Assembly: GCA_022340465.1 (NCBI GenBank)
Contig: JAJDNW010000096.1
Location: 3,280-67,279, forward strand
Reading direction: 5' to 3'
DNA from: Deltaproteobacteria bacterium
GTDB lineage: Bacteria; Desulfobacterota; Desulfobacteria; Desulfobacterales; B30-G6
Length of the DNA stretch: 64,000 bases
This document shows, piece by piece, positions 46,973 to 55,532 of this stretch. How positions within the stretch are numbered: the first letter of the stretch is position 1; each line of letters begins with the position of its first letter. Position numbers and translations under genes: made by a program. Below the pieces are notes generated by a model. The model saw only the letters and a list, made by a program, of their open reading frames with translations. It was not told the origin of the DNA and searched no databases.

Positions 46973-47854
46973 ATGTTACTCATCGGCGAAAGTTTAAACG
47001 TAATTTCCAAGAAGATCGGCCGCGCATTCAAGGAACGCGACCCCAAGCCGATCCAGGAGGAAGCCCTTTTTCAAAAGGAAAAAGGCATGGACTACATCGA
47101 CATCAATCTCGGGCCGGCCAAGAAAGACGGCCCCGAACTGATGCCCTGGGTGGTGGAAACCGTTCAGGAAGTCGTGGATGATGTCCCGCTGGTCCTGGAC
47201 ACCTCCAACATCGATGCCATCGCAGCGGCACTCAAGGTTTGCAAGCTGCCGCCCATCATCAACTCCATCATGGTCCGGCCCGAGCGCTATGAAAAAATGG
47301 TGCCTCTGACGGCGGAACACGGTGCAGATTTCATCGCCCTGATGTGGGGGCCCGACGGCCTGCCGCGTGATGAAAACGAACGCGCCGCCCTGTGTGTGGA
47401 ACTGCTCTATTTTGCCAACGAGGCCGGTATTCCCAATGAAAAGATCTGGGTTGACGGTATTGTCACCCCGGTCAACATCCAGCAGCCCCAGGCCATCAGC
47501 CTGATGGAGTTCCAGGGAATGATCCAGGACATCGCCCCGGGCGCCAGGAGTACCTGCGGCCTCTCCAACATCTCCAACGGTCCTCCGGACCATCTGCGGC
47601 CCATCCTCAATCAGACCTACATGGTTATGCTGCAGAAATACGGTATGGAGTCGGTCATCGCCGATCCCAGGGACGACCAGCTCATCGACATCGCCAAGGG
47701 CAATCGTCAGGACATCGTCGACCTGATTTACGGTATTATGGACGGTGAAGCCCCCGACATTGACAGCCTTTCCAAGGAACTGCAGGACTATGCCAAGACC
47801 ACCAACGTCATCCTCGGCAAAACCCTCTACTCCGATTCATGGCTGGAGATCTAA
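46973..47854 (+). CDS. acsE: Methyltetrahydrofolate:corrinoid Fe-S protein methyltransferase (pterin-binding domain)
   Basis: 293 aa. 'MLLIGESLNVISKKIG', 'YIDINLGP', 'LVLDTSN' and 'GLSNISNG' match MeTr/DHPS-like pterin-binding barrels. Confidence 0.9.
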   Translation: MLLIGESLNVISKKIGRAFKERDPKPIQEEALFQKEKGMDYIDINLGPAKKDGPELMPWVVETVQEVVDDVPLVLDTSNIDAIAAALKVCKLPPIINSIMVRPERYEKMVPLTAEHGADFIALMWGPDGLPRDENERAALCVELLYFANEAGIPNEKIWVDGIVTPVNIQQPQAISLMEFQGMIQDIAPGARSTCGLSNISNGPPDHLRPILNQTYMVMLQKYGMESVIADPRDDQLIDIAKGNRQDIVDLIYGIMDGEAPDIDSLSKELQDYAKTTNVILGKTLYSDSWLEI

Positions 47855-47879
47855 TCCGGTTTCGACTTGAAGCTACGAA

Positions 47880-47918
47880 CTGAAAAAGCCCTTCCGAAAA
47901 CCGGAAGGGCTTTTTCAG
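47880..47918. terminator. Strong bidirectional rho-independent terminator between the convergent acsE and MFS genes
   Basis: Perfect 17-bp stem 'ctgaaaaagcccttccg' / 'cggaagggctttttcag' with a 5-nt loop. A/T runs on both sides. Confidence 0.8.
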
Positions 47919-48014
47919 TTCGGTACTACCTACCAAAAAAGGGGTTCACTTGCCGGTCAACGCCCACTCCTTACTATTGTAGATAGGTCCATTTTATTTT
48001 TTCTTTCCACAAAA

Positions 48015-49268
48015 TCAGTCCTCCACCTCTCCTGCCCCGCCACCGCTTTCCGGCTCCCCCCGCGGATCCAAGTGGCTGGCCACAGGCGACGTCCTGTGAA
48101 GGGGCACAAAGGCCACCTGATTTTCCACATTACTGGGCAGCTTATAGCGGACGAGCCAGGCGCTCACACCCAGCACCCCGCCGCAGCAAGCCGTAAAATA
48201 GTAAAGTCCCCAGGGGCCGAAGGCGGCAATCGCCCAGGAAGCCAGCAGGGGACCGAAGCAGGCCCCCACACCGAAAAAGAGAATCAGGGCGGCACTGGCC
48301 GGAACGATCTCCTCCTTTTCGAGATTGTCCTGAGCCCTTGCAACCGACACCGGATAAACCGTGAATGCGACGCCGAAACCAACCGTCAGCGGCATCAGAA
48401 CGCCCATACCGCCGCCGCCCAATTGGGCAAGGGCCAGACTCACCAAGGCGATCGCAAATCCGAGTCCGGACAAAATCATGAGACGATCGATACGGTCCGA
48501 CAAGAACCCAACCGGAAATTGAAACATCAGGCCGGCCCAAACCGTCACGCCCATGAACAGGGACACCTGAGAAATCTGCAGCCCGATGTCCAAGCCGAAG
48601 ACCGGGCCCATGGAATAAAAGGCGCTGTTGATCAGCCCGGCGAGAAAACTTCCCGCCATGCCGACAGGGGCCAGGCGAAACAGCTTGATCAGGTTGTACG
48701 TGGGGACTTTGAGGGGTTCGGGGTTTACGGCGCGTGTCATGCAGATCGGCACGAGGCACACAGCCGACAGGATGGCCGCAATCATGAAAAGGGTCGGGCC
48801 CTGCACATCACCGGCGTTCAGCATAAGCTGGCCGCTGCCGGTGCCCAGGTAGACCAGCGTCATGTAGACAGACAACAGCCTCCCGCGAAAAACAGGCTCC
48901 ACCTTTTCATTCAGCCAGCTTTCGAGGACCATGTAAACACCCGTGACGCACAGCCCGTTGCAGATTCGTAAAAAAGCCCAGAGCCAGGCCGACACATACA
49001 AGCCGTGCAACAGCGATATGGCGGTAATACTGGCGGCAAAAGCGGCAAAGGATCTTATGTGTCCCACCCGATGAACGACCCGCTGGGAAAAGAAGATCCC
49101 CAGGACAATCCCCAGGTAATTGCAGGAGAGAACCAGGCCGATGACCTGGTCACTGGTGCCGGCGAGCCGCAGGTTGATGCTCAACAGACTGTTCATCAAT
49201 CCACCGGCCATACAGAGGAAAATTGTGGCTGCCAGCAGTGCCAGGAATGACCTGATGATGACGATCAT
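48015..49268 (-). CDS. MFS transporter (12 TM)
   Basis: 417 aa, hydrophobic throughout, with the MFS loop motif 'SDRIDRLMIL' between TM8 and TM9-like segments. Confidence 0.8.
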   Translation of the reverse strand: MIVIIRSFLALLAATIFLCMAGGLMNSLLSINLRLAGTSDQVIGLVLSCNYLGIVLGIFFSQRVVHRVGHIRSFAAFAASITAISLLHGLYVSAWLWAFLRICNGLCVTGVYMVLESWLNEKVEPVFRGRLLSVYMTLVYLGTGSGQLMLNAGDVQGPTLFMIAAILSAVCLVPICMTRAVNPEPLKVPTYNLIKLFRLAPVGMAGSFLAGLINSAFYSMGPVFGLDIGLQISQVSLFMGVTVWAGLMFQFPVGFLSDRIDRLMILSGLGFAIALVSLALAQLGGGGMGVLMPLTVGFGVAFTVYPVSVARAQDNLEKEEIVPASAALILFFGVGACFGPLLASWAIAAFGPWGLYYFTACCGGVLGVSAWLVRYKLPSNVENQVAFVPLHRTSPVASHLDPRGEPESGGGAGEVED

Positions 49269-49512
49269 CAGAATTGCCCCCCGCCAAAAAATGTGTCCCC
49301 AGTCTATATTTCCATACGTGTGGGTAGAGATTTCCCGTTACCAGATTGCGCTTTTGAAATAAATAGATTTATGAAGCATCGACCCATTATTTTTGCATTT
49401 TCTGGCCACCCTGTTTTTTATCTTGACATCCATGCAATTATAAGTGTATCTTTCTCCATCAGTTGATGGAAACATTTAATGGGACAATATTGCTGGAACA
49501 GGGGATGTAACC

Positions 49513-50139
49513 GTGCCCTCACCGCTTGAAAAAGCCCGTCAGGATCCCGGCTCCATGAAAGCCCGCATCCTGGCCTCCGCCAGGAAATTGTTCGGGGAAT
49601 ACGGATACAACCGTACGACCACGCGCATGATTGCCGCGGACGTGGGCATCGATATTTCCACCCTTTACTATCACTGGGGGGAAAAGCTGGATCTTTACGA
49701 AGCCCTCATCACCGATCTCAACGACGAAATCCTGGGTAAATTCGAAGAGGTCGAGAAGCAGGCCCGGGGCAAATCCCTTTCAGAACGCCTGGAAATATCT
49801 ATCGATCTTCTCACGGCCTACCTGTTCAAACACCCGGAAGTGTCCAACCTGATTCTTTTCGGCTATTTCAACAAAACCGAGCCGGGAAGCGTTCCCGACA
49901 TAAAAATAAAAATCGACGACTACACATCGGGCATCGCCGTTGCCATGGACCTTGCGAAAGACAAAGCCCATGTGGCTGTTCAGGACAAGGCCCGCATCCT
50001 GGCCGTCTGGAACTGCGTGCTCAACTTCATTTCAGGCGAAAATTTTTTCAGGCCCATCTTGAAAGTGGACCGCGAAGGCTACCGGTCGGTGGTCCGGGAA
50101 ACAGTCAAATTCATGATGGTGCCGGCGTTCACAAAATAA
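49513..50139 (+). CDS. TetR/AcrR-family transcriptional regulator
   Basis: 'ILASARKLFGEYGYNRTTTRMIAADVGIDISTLYYHWGEK' is a TetR HTH. GTG start at 49513, with an alternative ATG at 49555. Confidence 0.85.
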   Translation: MPSPLEKARQDPGSMKARILASARKLFGEYGYNRTTTRMIAADVGIDISTLYYHWGEKLDLYEALITDLNDEILGKFEEVEKQARGKSLSERLEISIDLLTAYLFKHPEVSNLILFGYFNKTEPGSVPDIKIKIDDYTSGIAVAMDLAKDKAHVAVQDKARILAVWNCVLNFISGENFFRPILKVDREGYRSVVRETVKFMMVPAFTK

Positions 50140-50251
50140 ATTTTCATGGATGGCTGAAAAAGCCATTCATGCAGTTAACAGTAGTTTCCGTACAAACTGA
50201 TCATCATCGTTCCTTTTAATCAAGAAAATTTATTTCCAAAGGAGGAATCCC

Positions 50252-52360
50252 ATGGCGTTGAATCTTGATGCTGTCGGAAAAAAAATCGGCCCTGTTTCCA
50301 AAGACTACACCTGGAAGGACGCCGTGTTGTACGCCTTAGGCGTCGGTGCCGGTTTTTCCGATCTGGAGTACTGCTACGAAAAGGACCTGAAGGTTGTCCC
50401 CAGCTTTGCCATCACCACAATTTATGATGTCATGCCCGAGGCCGTCTCGCTGACCAATGTCAACCTGGCCGGCATCCTGCACGGTGAACAGGAGATCGTC
50501 TTTCACAACCCCATACCGCCTGATGGCACCATGATCTCGGAAGGAAAGATCCTCAACTACTACGACAAAGGCAAAGACAAAGGTGCCCTGGTGGTTGCCG
50601 AGGCCGAGACAAAACACTCCAACGGCCAGAAGCTGTTCACCTCCAGCATGACCATCTTCTCACGCCTCGACGGCGGCTTTGGCGGCGAGAACCGGCCCCG
50701 GGAAAAATTCGAATTTCCGGACAGAGAGCCGGATTTCAGTGTCAATGCGTCCCCGTCCGAAAATCAGCCCCTCCTCTACCGGCTCTCCGGGGATGTCTTC
50801 CAGCTTCACGTGGATCCGGAATTTGCCAAAATGGCCGGCTTCGAAAAACCCATCATGCACGGGTTGTGCACCCATGGATATGCCTGCCGGGCATTGATCC
50901 AGAGCCTCATTCCCGGGGAACCCGAAAAAGCCCGGCGTATGTGCTGCCGCTTCTCGAGACCCCTCTATCCGGGCATGCCGCTTGCCATACAAATCTGGAA
51001 AACCGAAGAGGGCAAAGCCGTCTGGCGCGTCCAGAATATAGAGACCCAGGAGATCGTTATCGACAACGGTATTTTCGAATACGGTGACATCCCCCGGGAC
51101 GAGATCCGCTTTGACGGCCGTGTTGCCGTGGTGACCGGTGCCGGTGCGGGGTTGGGACGCGTGTATGCCCTGGAATTGGCCAAACGGGGTGCCAAGGTTG
51201 TGGTCAACGACCTGGGTGGCGCAAGGGATGGCGCGGGGGAAGGCTCCTCCAGCCCGGCCGACAAGGTTGTGGAGGAGATCAAGACCGCCGGTGGAGAGGC
51301 CGTAGCCAACTATGACAACGTGGCCACGGCGGAAGGCGGTGAAAACATCGTCAAAACCGCCCTGGATGCCTTCGGCACCGTCGACATCCTGATCAACAAC
51401 GCCGGCATCCTGAGGGACAAGAGTTTCCTCAAGATGGATCCCGAAAATTGGCAAGCCGTATTGAACGTACACCTCAACGGCGCCTACAACGTCACCCGTC
51501 CGGCGTTTGCCGTCATGAAGGAAAAGGGCTACGGACGCATCCTCATGACCACCTCGGCCGCCGGCCTCTACGGCAATTTCGGTCAGACCAACTACACGGC
51601 CGCCAAAATGGGCCTCATCGGCCTGATGAACACCCTAAAAATCGAAGGCCAGAAATACGGCATCCATGTCAACACCATCGCCCCGGTAGCCGCCTCCCGG
51701 CTGACCGAAGACGTGCTGCCGCCTGATTTTTTCGAAAAATTGAAACCGGAATTCGTGGCGCCCATTGCCCTGTATCTCTGTTCCGAGGCGTGTGATGAAA
51801 CCGGCGGTATCTACAATGCCGGCATGGGCTGTTACAACCGGGCGGCCATCGTTACCGGCCCCGGTGTGGTCGTCGGCGACGGCCAGGCCGTCCCCACCCC
51901 GGAAGAGCTTGTGGCCCAGTGGGATAAGGCCAAGAGCCTCGAGGGAGCCAAAACCTATTTTCAGCTGAACGAACAGATCGGCGACCTCATCGGCGCCCTG
52001 GCGAAACCCGCCGACGACGCCGGCGTCGCAGTGCCGGCCGAGGTCTCCGTCGCCGACATTTTCAAAGGCCTGCCCGATGCCTTCGTGCCCGAAGCGGCCG
52101 GCGGCGTGGAAGTCGTCTTCCAGTTCACCATCACGGGAGACGACGGCGGCGAATGGTACTGTGACATCAAGGACGGTGCCTGCACCATCAAATCCGGCAA
52201 GCATGCCAAACCGGTCTGCACCCTGGAAATGGGAGACAAGGATTTCGTTGCCCTGATGACCGCCAAGCTGCCGGCCATGCAGGCCTACACCTCCGGCAAG
52301 CTGAAAATCGGGGGTGACATCATGAAATCCCAGCTCATCGAAAAACTCTTCAAAATGTAA
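50252..52360 (+). CDS. Trifunctional fusion: double hot-dog MaoC (R)-hydratase, MFE-2-type SDR (3R-hydroxyacyl-CoA dehydrogenase), SCP2 sterol-carrier domain
   Basis: 702 aa. MaoC: 'LLYRLSGDVFQLHVDPEFAKMAGFEKPIMHGLCT'. SDR: 'VAVVTGAGAGLGRVYALELAKRGAKVVVNDLGG', 'INNAGILRD', 'YTAAKMG'. SCP2: 'FQFTITGDDGGEWYCDIKDG...AYTSGKLKIGGDIMKSQ'. Confidence 0.85.
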   Translation: MALNLDAVGKKIGPVSKDYTWKDAVLYALGVGAGFSDLEYCYEKDLKVVPSFAITTIYDVMPEAVSLTNVNLAGILHGEQEIVFHNPIPPDGTMISEGKILNYYDKGKDKGALVVAEAETKHSNGQKLFTSSMTIFSRLDGGFGGENRPREKFEFPDREPDFSVNASPSENQPLLYRLSGDVFQLHVDPEFAKMAGFEKPIMHGLCTHGYACRALIQSLIPGEPEKARRMCCRFSRPLYPGMPLAIQIWKTEEGKAVWRVQNIETQEIVIDNGIFEYGDIPRDEIRFDGRVAVVTGAGAGLGRVYALELAKRGAKVVVNDLGGARDGAGEGSSSPADKVVEEIKTAGGEAVANYDNVATAEGGENIVKTALDAFGTVDILINNAGILRDKSFLKMDPENWQAVLNVHLNGAYNVTRPAFAVMKEKGYGRILMTTSAAGLYGNFGQTNYTAAKMGLIGLMNTLKIEGQKYGIHVNTIAPVAASRLTEDVLPPDFFEKLKPEFVAPIALYLCSEACDETGGIYNAGMGCYNRAAIVTGPGVVVGDGQAVPTPEELVAQWDKAKSLEGAKTYFQLNEQIGDLIGALAKPADDAGVAVPAEVSVADIFKGLPDAFVPEAAGGVEVVFQFTITGDDGGEWYCDIKDGACTIKSGKHAKPVCTLEMGDKDFVALMTAKLPAMQAYTSGKLKIGGDIMKSQLIEKLFKM

Positions 52361-52387
52361 TTTTTGCCAAGAAGAAATTACTTGACG

Positions 52388-52452
52388 CGGCTTCCGTCTT
52401 CGCTCTGCAAGCTACGCCGGACAAGACACCGAACCAAGCCGCCGCTATAAAA
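52388..52452. repeat. Conserved ~50-65 nt non-coding element (copy 1), 3-prime of the first SCP2 fusion gene
   Basis: 'cggcttccgtcttcgctctgcaagctacgccggacaag...gccgctataaa' is near-identical to 55351-55403 apart from a 15-nt indel. Confidence 0.75.
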
Positions 52453-52520
52453 CAATACATTTTCCAAACACTTTTTTCTAATACTGATGGCAACAATTTT
52501 TCGACCACAGCGACATGCGG

Positions 52521-52562
52521 CAAACACACGAAACAATCTTTGTGACCTTTGTGCCTTTGTGG
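52521..52562 (+). repeat. 5-prime-UTR element: three tandem CCTTTGTG octamers preceded by a partly complementary ACACACGAAACAA tract
   Basis: 'caaacacacgaaacaa tc tttgtgacctttgtgcctttgtgg', 20 nt upstream of the AAGGAGG ribosome-binding site of the next gene. Confidence 0.55.
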
Positions 52563-52596
52563 TTCGAACGTATACAGAATAAGGAGGAATCACACG

Positions 52597-55323
52597 ATGA
52601 TTGGAATTACTTCATACGGCGCATACATCCCCCGCCTGAGACTGGACAGGATGTCCATTTTTCAATCCATGGGCTGGTTCGCACCGGCCATCATGATGGT
52701 TGCACAAGGGGAGCGCTCCATGTGCAACTGGGACGAAGACACGATCACCATGGCCGTGGCCGCATCGAGAGACTGCCTGAAGGGCGTCGACAAATCCGCC
52801 ATAGACGGCCTCTACCTGGCGTCGACCACCCTGCCCTTTGCCGACCGGCAGAACGCCGGCATCGTCTCCGCGGCCCTGAATCTGGGGAGCCGGCTCATCA
52901 CCTCGGACTTCTCCGCCTCGCAAAAGGCCGGCAGCACGGCGCTGATCACGGCCCTGGAATCGGTCAAGAGCGGCGAGCGCAAGAACGTGCTGGTAACGGC
53001 TTCCGACAGGCGCGAAACCAAGACCGCCTATTTCTACGAGATGTGGTTCGGCGATGGCGCCGGAGCCTTCACGGTGGGCGCCGAAAACGTCATTGCCGAA
53101 TACAAGGGGTCCTTTTCCGTGTCCCACGACTTCGTGGACCACTACCGCGGCGCGCGGAAGGCCGTCGACTACATGTGGGAGGAACGCTGGACCAGGGATG
53201 CCGGTTATGCCCTCATCATCCCCGAAGCGGTCAACGGACTGCTGGAAAAACTCGCTATGTCCATGGACGACGTGGACAAACTGGTCTACCCGTGCTTTTT
53301 CAAGGGCGACCACAAGAAGATTGCCGCCAAACTGGGAGCGGCCGATAAGCTAGTGGACAACCTGCACGACGTGTGCGGCGAGTGCGGTGTGGCCCACCCC
53401 TTCCTGATGATGATGTCGGCCCTGGAAACCGCCAAGCCCGGCGACAATATCCTCATGGCCGGTTTCGGCCAGGGCTGCAACGCCATGCTTTTCACCGCGA
53501 CCGACAACATTGCCGCGCTGCCTCCCCGCAACGGGTTCCAGGGAACGCTGGCCAACAAGAAAACCGTTTCCAACTACGAAAAATGGCTGAAATTCAGGGA
53601 TCTGATCCAGACCGAGATGGGCATTCGCGCCGAAGCCCCCACCCAGACCGCTACCACCGTTTTGTGGCGCAAGAACAAGATGATCCTGGGACTGGTGGGC
53701 GGAAAATGCCGTGAATGCGGCACGCTGCAATTCCCCAAACATGACATCTGTGTCAACCCCACGTGCGGGGCCGTCCACAGCCAGGATGATCATGAATTCG
53801 CCGATGAACCGGCCGTGGTTAAAACCTTCACCGGCGACATGCTGTCCGTTTCCGTGGACCCGCCGGCCATCTACGGCATGGTGCAGTTCGAGAACGGCGG
53901 CCGGCTGATGGCCGACTTCACCGATTGTGAACTCGACGACATGAAGGTGGGCCTGCCCGTCAAGATGGAGTTCAAACGCAAGGGGGTGGACGTCGAACGA
54001 GGGTTCACCAACTATTTCTGGAAAGCGGTCCCCGTACCCGGGGCTGCCGCCGCTGCCGACCGGATAACTTTCGACGGCCGCGTCGCCGTCATTACCGGCG
54101 CCGGTGCCGGCCTGGGCCGGGTGTACGCCCTGGAGCTGGCCAAGCGCGGTGCCAAAATCGTCGTTAACGACCTGGGCGGCGCCCGGGACGGCTCGGGAGA
54201 AGGCTCTGCCAGTCCGGCCGACAATGTCGTGGCCGAAATCAGGGAACTGGGCGGAGAAGCCGTTGCCAACTACGACAATGTCGCCACCCCCGAAGGCGGC
54301 GAGGCCATCATCCGGTCCGCCGTGGACGCCTTCGGCGGCGTGGACATCGTGATCAACAACGCCGGCATCCTGAGGGACAAGAGCTTCCTAAAGATGGACC
54401 CCGAAAACTGGGCCACCGTCCTCGCGGTTCACCTGAACGGTGCCTATCACGTCACCCGGCCGGCCATGCAGATCATGAAGGAAAAGGGCTATGGCCGCAT
54501 CGTCATGACCACCTCGGCCGCCGGACTCTACGGCAACTTCGGCCAGACCAACTACTCGGCGGCCAAGATGGGCCTGGTCGGCCTGATGAACACCATCAAG
54601 CTGGAGGGCGCCAAATACAACATCAAGGTCAACACCATTGCACCCATCGCGGCTTCCAGGCTCACGGAGGACGTCATGCCGCCGGACCTTTTCGAAAAAT
54701 CCAAACCCGAATTCGTGGCCCCCATGGTTATCCGCCTGGCCAGCGAGGCCTGTGAGGAGACGGGTGCCATTTTCAACGTCGGTATGGGCTACTTCAACCG
54801 GGCCGCCGTACACACCGGTCCGGGCGTGCAGCTGGGAGACCAGGACAACATCCCCACCCCGGAAGACATACGGGACAACTGGGAGGCGATCAACTCGCTC
54901 AAAGGCGCCAGGGAGATGGCGGATGCCAATGACGCCATCTTCGCTCTTATCGCTCCGCCCAAGGAAGAAGCGGCCGCAGAAGATGCCGCTGCTGCCGGCG
55001 ACCTGGACGTCAAGACCTTCTTCGAAGAGAAGATGCCGGCAACCTTCAAAGCCGATGCCGCCGATGGCGTGGACGTGGTCTTTCAGTTCATCATTTCCGG
55101 AAGCGGGGGGGGCGATTGGCACTGTGTGGTCAAGGACAACACCTGCACCATTCAGGCCGGGAAGCACGGAGCTCCCACGTGTACGCTCAAAATGGGCGAC
55201 GGCGATTTCCTGAGCATGATGACCGGTAAACTGCCTGCCATGCAGGCCTTCACGTCCGGGAAGCTGCAGATCGAAGGTGATATTATGAAGTCACAGCTGA
55301 TTGAAAAGCTGTTCACCATATAA
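52597..55323 (+). CDS. Tetra-domain fusion: HMG-CoA-synthase-like thiolase-fold domain (catalytic residues apparently absent), DUF35 Zn-ribbon/OB fold, MFE-2-type SDR, SCP2
   Basis: ATG at 52597, 10 nt after AAGGAGG. N-terminus 'MIGITSYGAYIPRLRLDR' and 'NWDEDTITMAV' are archaeal-HMGCS-like. 'GGKCRECGTLQFPKHDICVNPTCG' is the DUF35 ribbon. The SDR and SCP2 domains are about 75-80% identical to those of the upstream gene. Confidence 0.8.
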   Translation: MIGITSYGAYIPRLRLDRMSIFQSMGWFAPAIMMVAQGERSMCNWDEDTITMAVAASRDCLKGVDKSAIDGLYLASTTLPFADRQNAGIVSAALNLGSRLITSDFSASQKAGSTALITALESVKSGERKNVLVTASDRRETKTAYFYEMWFGDGAGAFTVGAENVIAEYKGSFSVSHDFVDHYRGARKAVDYMWEERWTRDAGYALIIPEAVNGLLEKLAMSMDDVDKLVYPCFFKGDHKKIAAKLGAADKLVDNLHDVCGECGVAHPFLMMMSALETAKPGDNILMAGFGQGCNAMLFTATDNIAALPPRNGFQGTLANKKTVSNYEKWLKFRDLIQTEMGIRAEAPTQTATTVLWRKNKMILGLVGGKCRECGTLQFPKHDICVNPTCGAVHSQDDHEFADEPAVVKTFTGDMLSVSVDPPAIYGMVQFENGGRLMADFTDCELDDMKVGLPVKMEFKRKGVDVERGFTNYFWKAVPVPGAAAAADRITFDGRVAVITGAGAGLGRVYALELAKRGAKIVVNDLGGARDGSGEGSASPADNVVAEIRELGGEAVANYDNVATPEGGEAIIRSAVDAFGGVDIVINNAGILRDKSFLKMDPENWATVLAVHLNGAYHVTRPAMQIMKEKGYGRIVMTTSAAGLYGNFGQTNYSAAKMGLVGLMNTIKLEGAKYNIKVNTIAPIAASRLTEDVMPPDLFEKSKPEFVAPMVIRLASEACEETGAIFNVGMGYFNRAAVHTGPGVQLGDQDNIPTPEDIRDNWEAINSLKGAREMADANDAIFALIAPPKEEAAAEDAAAAGDLDVKTFFEEKMPATFKADAADGVDVVFQFIISGSGGGDWHCVVKDNTCTIQAGKHGAPTCTLKMGDGDFLSMMTGKLPAMQAFTSGKLQIEGDIMKSQLIEKLFTI

Positions 55324-55347
55324 AATTTGCGGAGCAAATTTTATGGA
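55322..55347. repeat. Stop-overlapping hairpin AAAATTTGC-GGA-GCAAATTTT followed by ATGGA (family member)
   Basis: Perfect 9-bp stem beginning inside the TAA stop at 55321-55323. Same layout as 24492-24517. Confidence 0.6.
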
Positions 55348-55350
55348 ACA

Positions 55351-55403
55351 CGGCTTCCGTCTTCGCTCTTCGAGCTACGCCGAGACAAGTCGCCGCTATA
55401 AAG
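55351..55403. repeat. Conserved non-coding element (copy 2), 3-prime of the second SCP2 fusion gene
   Basis: 'cggcttccgtcttcgctcttcgagctacgccgagacaagtcgccgctataaa'. See 52388-52452. Confidence 0.75.
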
Positions 55404-55449
55404 ATTCTATCGGGAATTTATATGAAATCGCATTTTAAAACGACGACAT

Positions 55450-55497
55450 CACGAAGGCAAAGAGGCTGCTTAACATTGTGCTCTTTGTGTCTTTGTG
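55450..55497 (+). repeat. 5-prime-UTR imperfect hairpin with a CTTTGTG-repeat arm, upstream of the thiolase gene
   Basis: 'cacgaaggcaaagag' ... 'ctctttgtgtctttgtg'. Several pairs are G-T, which would be G-U wobble only in a plus-strand transcript. Confidence 0.55.
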
Positions 55498-55532
55498 GTT
55501 CCGTTTAATCCTGATTTAGAAGGAGGCATATA

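Noticed and set aside
52378-55420. The conserved 3-prime elements after the two SCP2 genes read as small peptide genes (e.g. MEHGFRLRSSSYAETSRRYKDSIGNLYEIAF)
   Set aside because: The conserved nucleotide block falls in different reading frames in the two copies, and the 15-nt indel region is not codon-like. Conservation is at the nucleotide level, not the peptide level.
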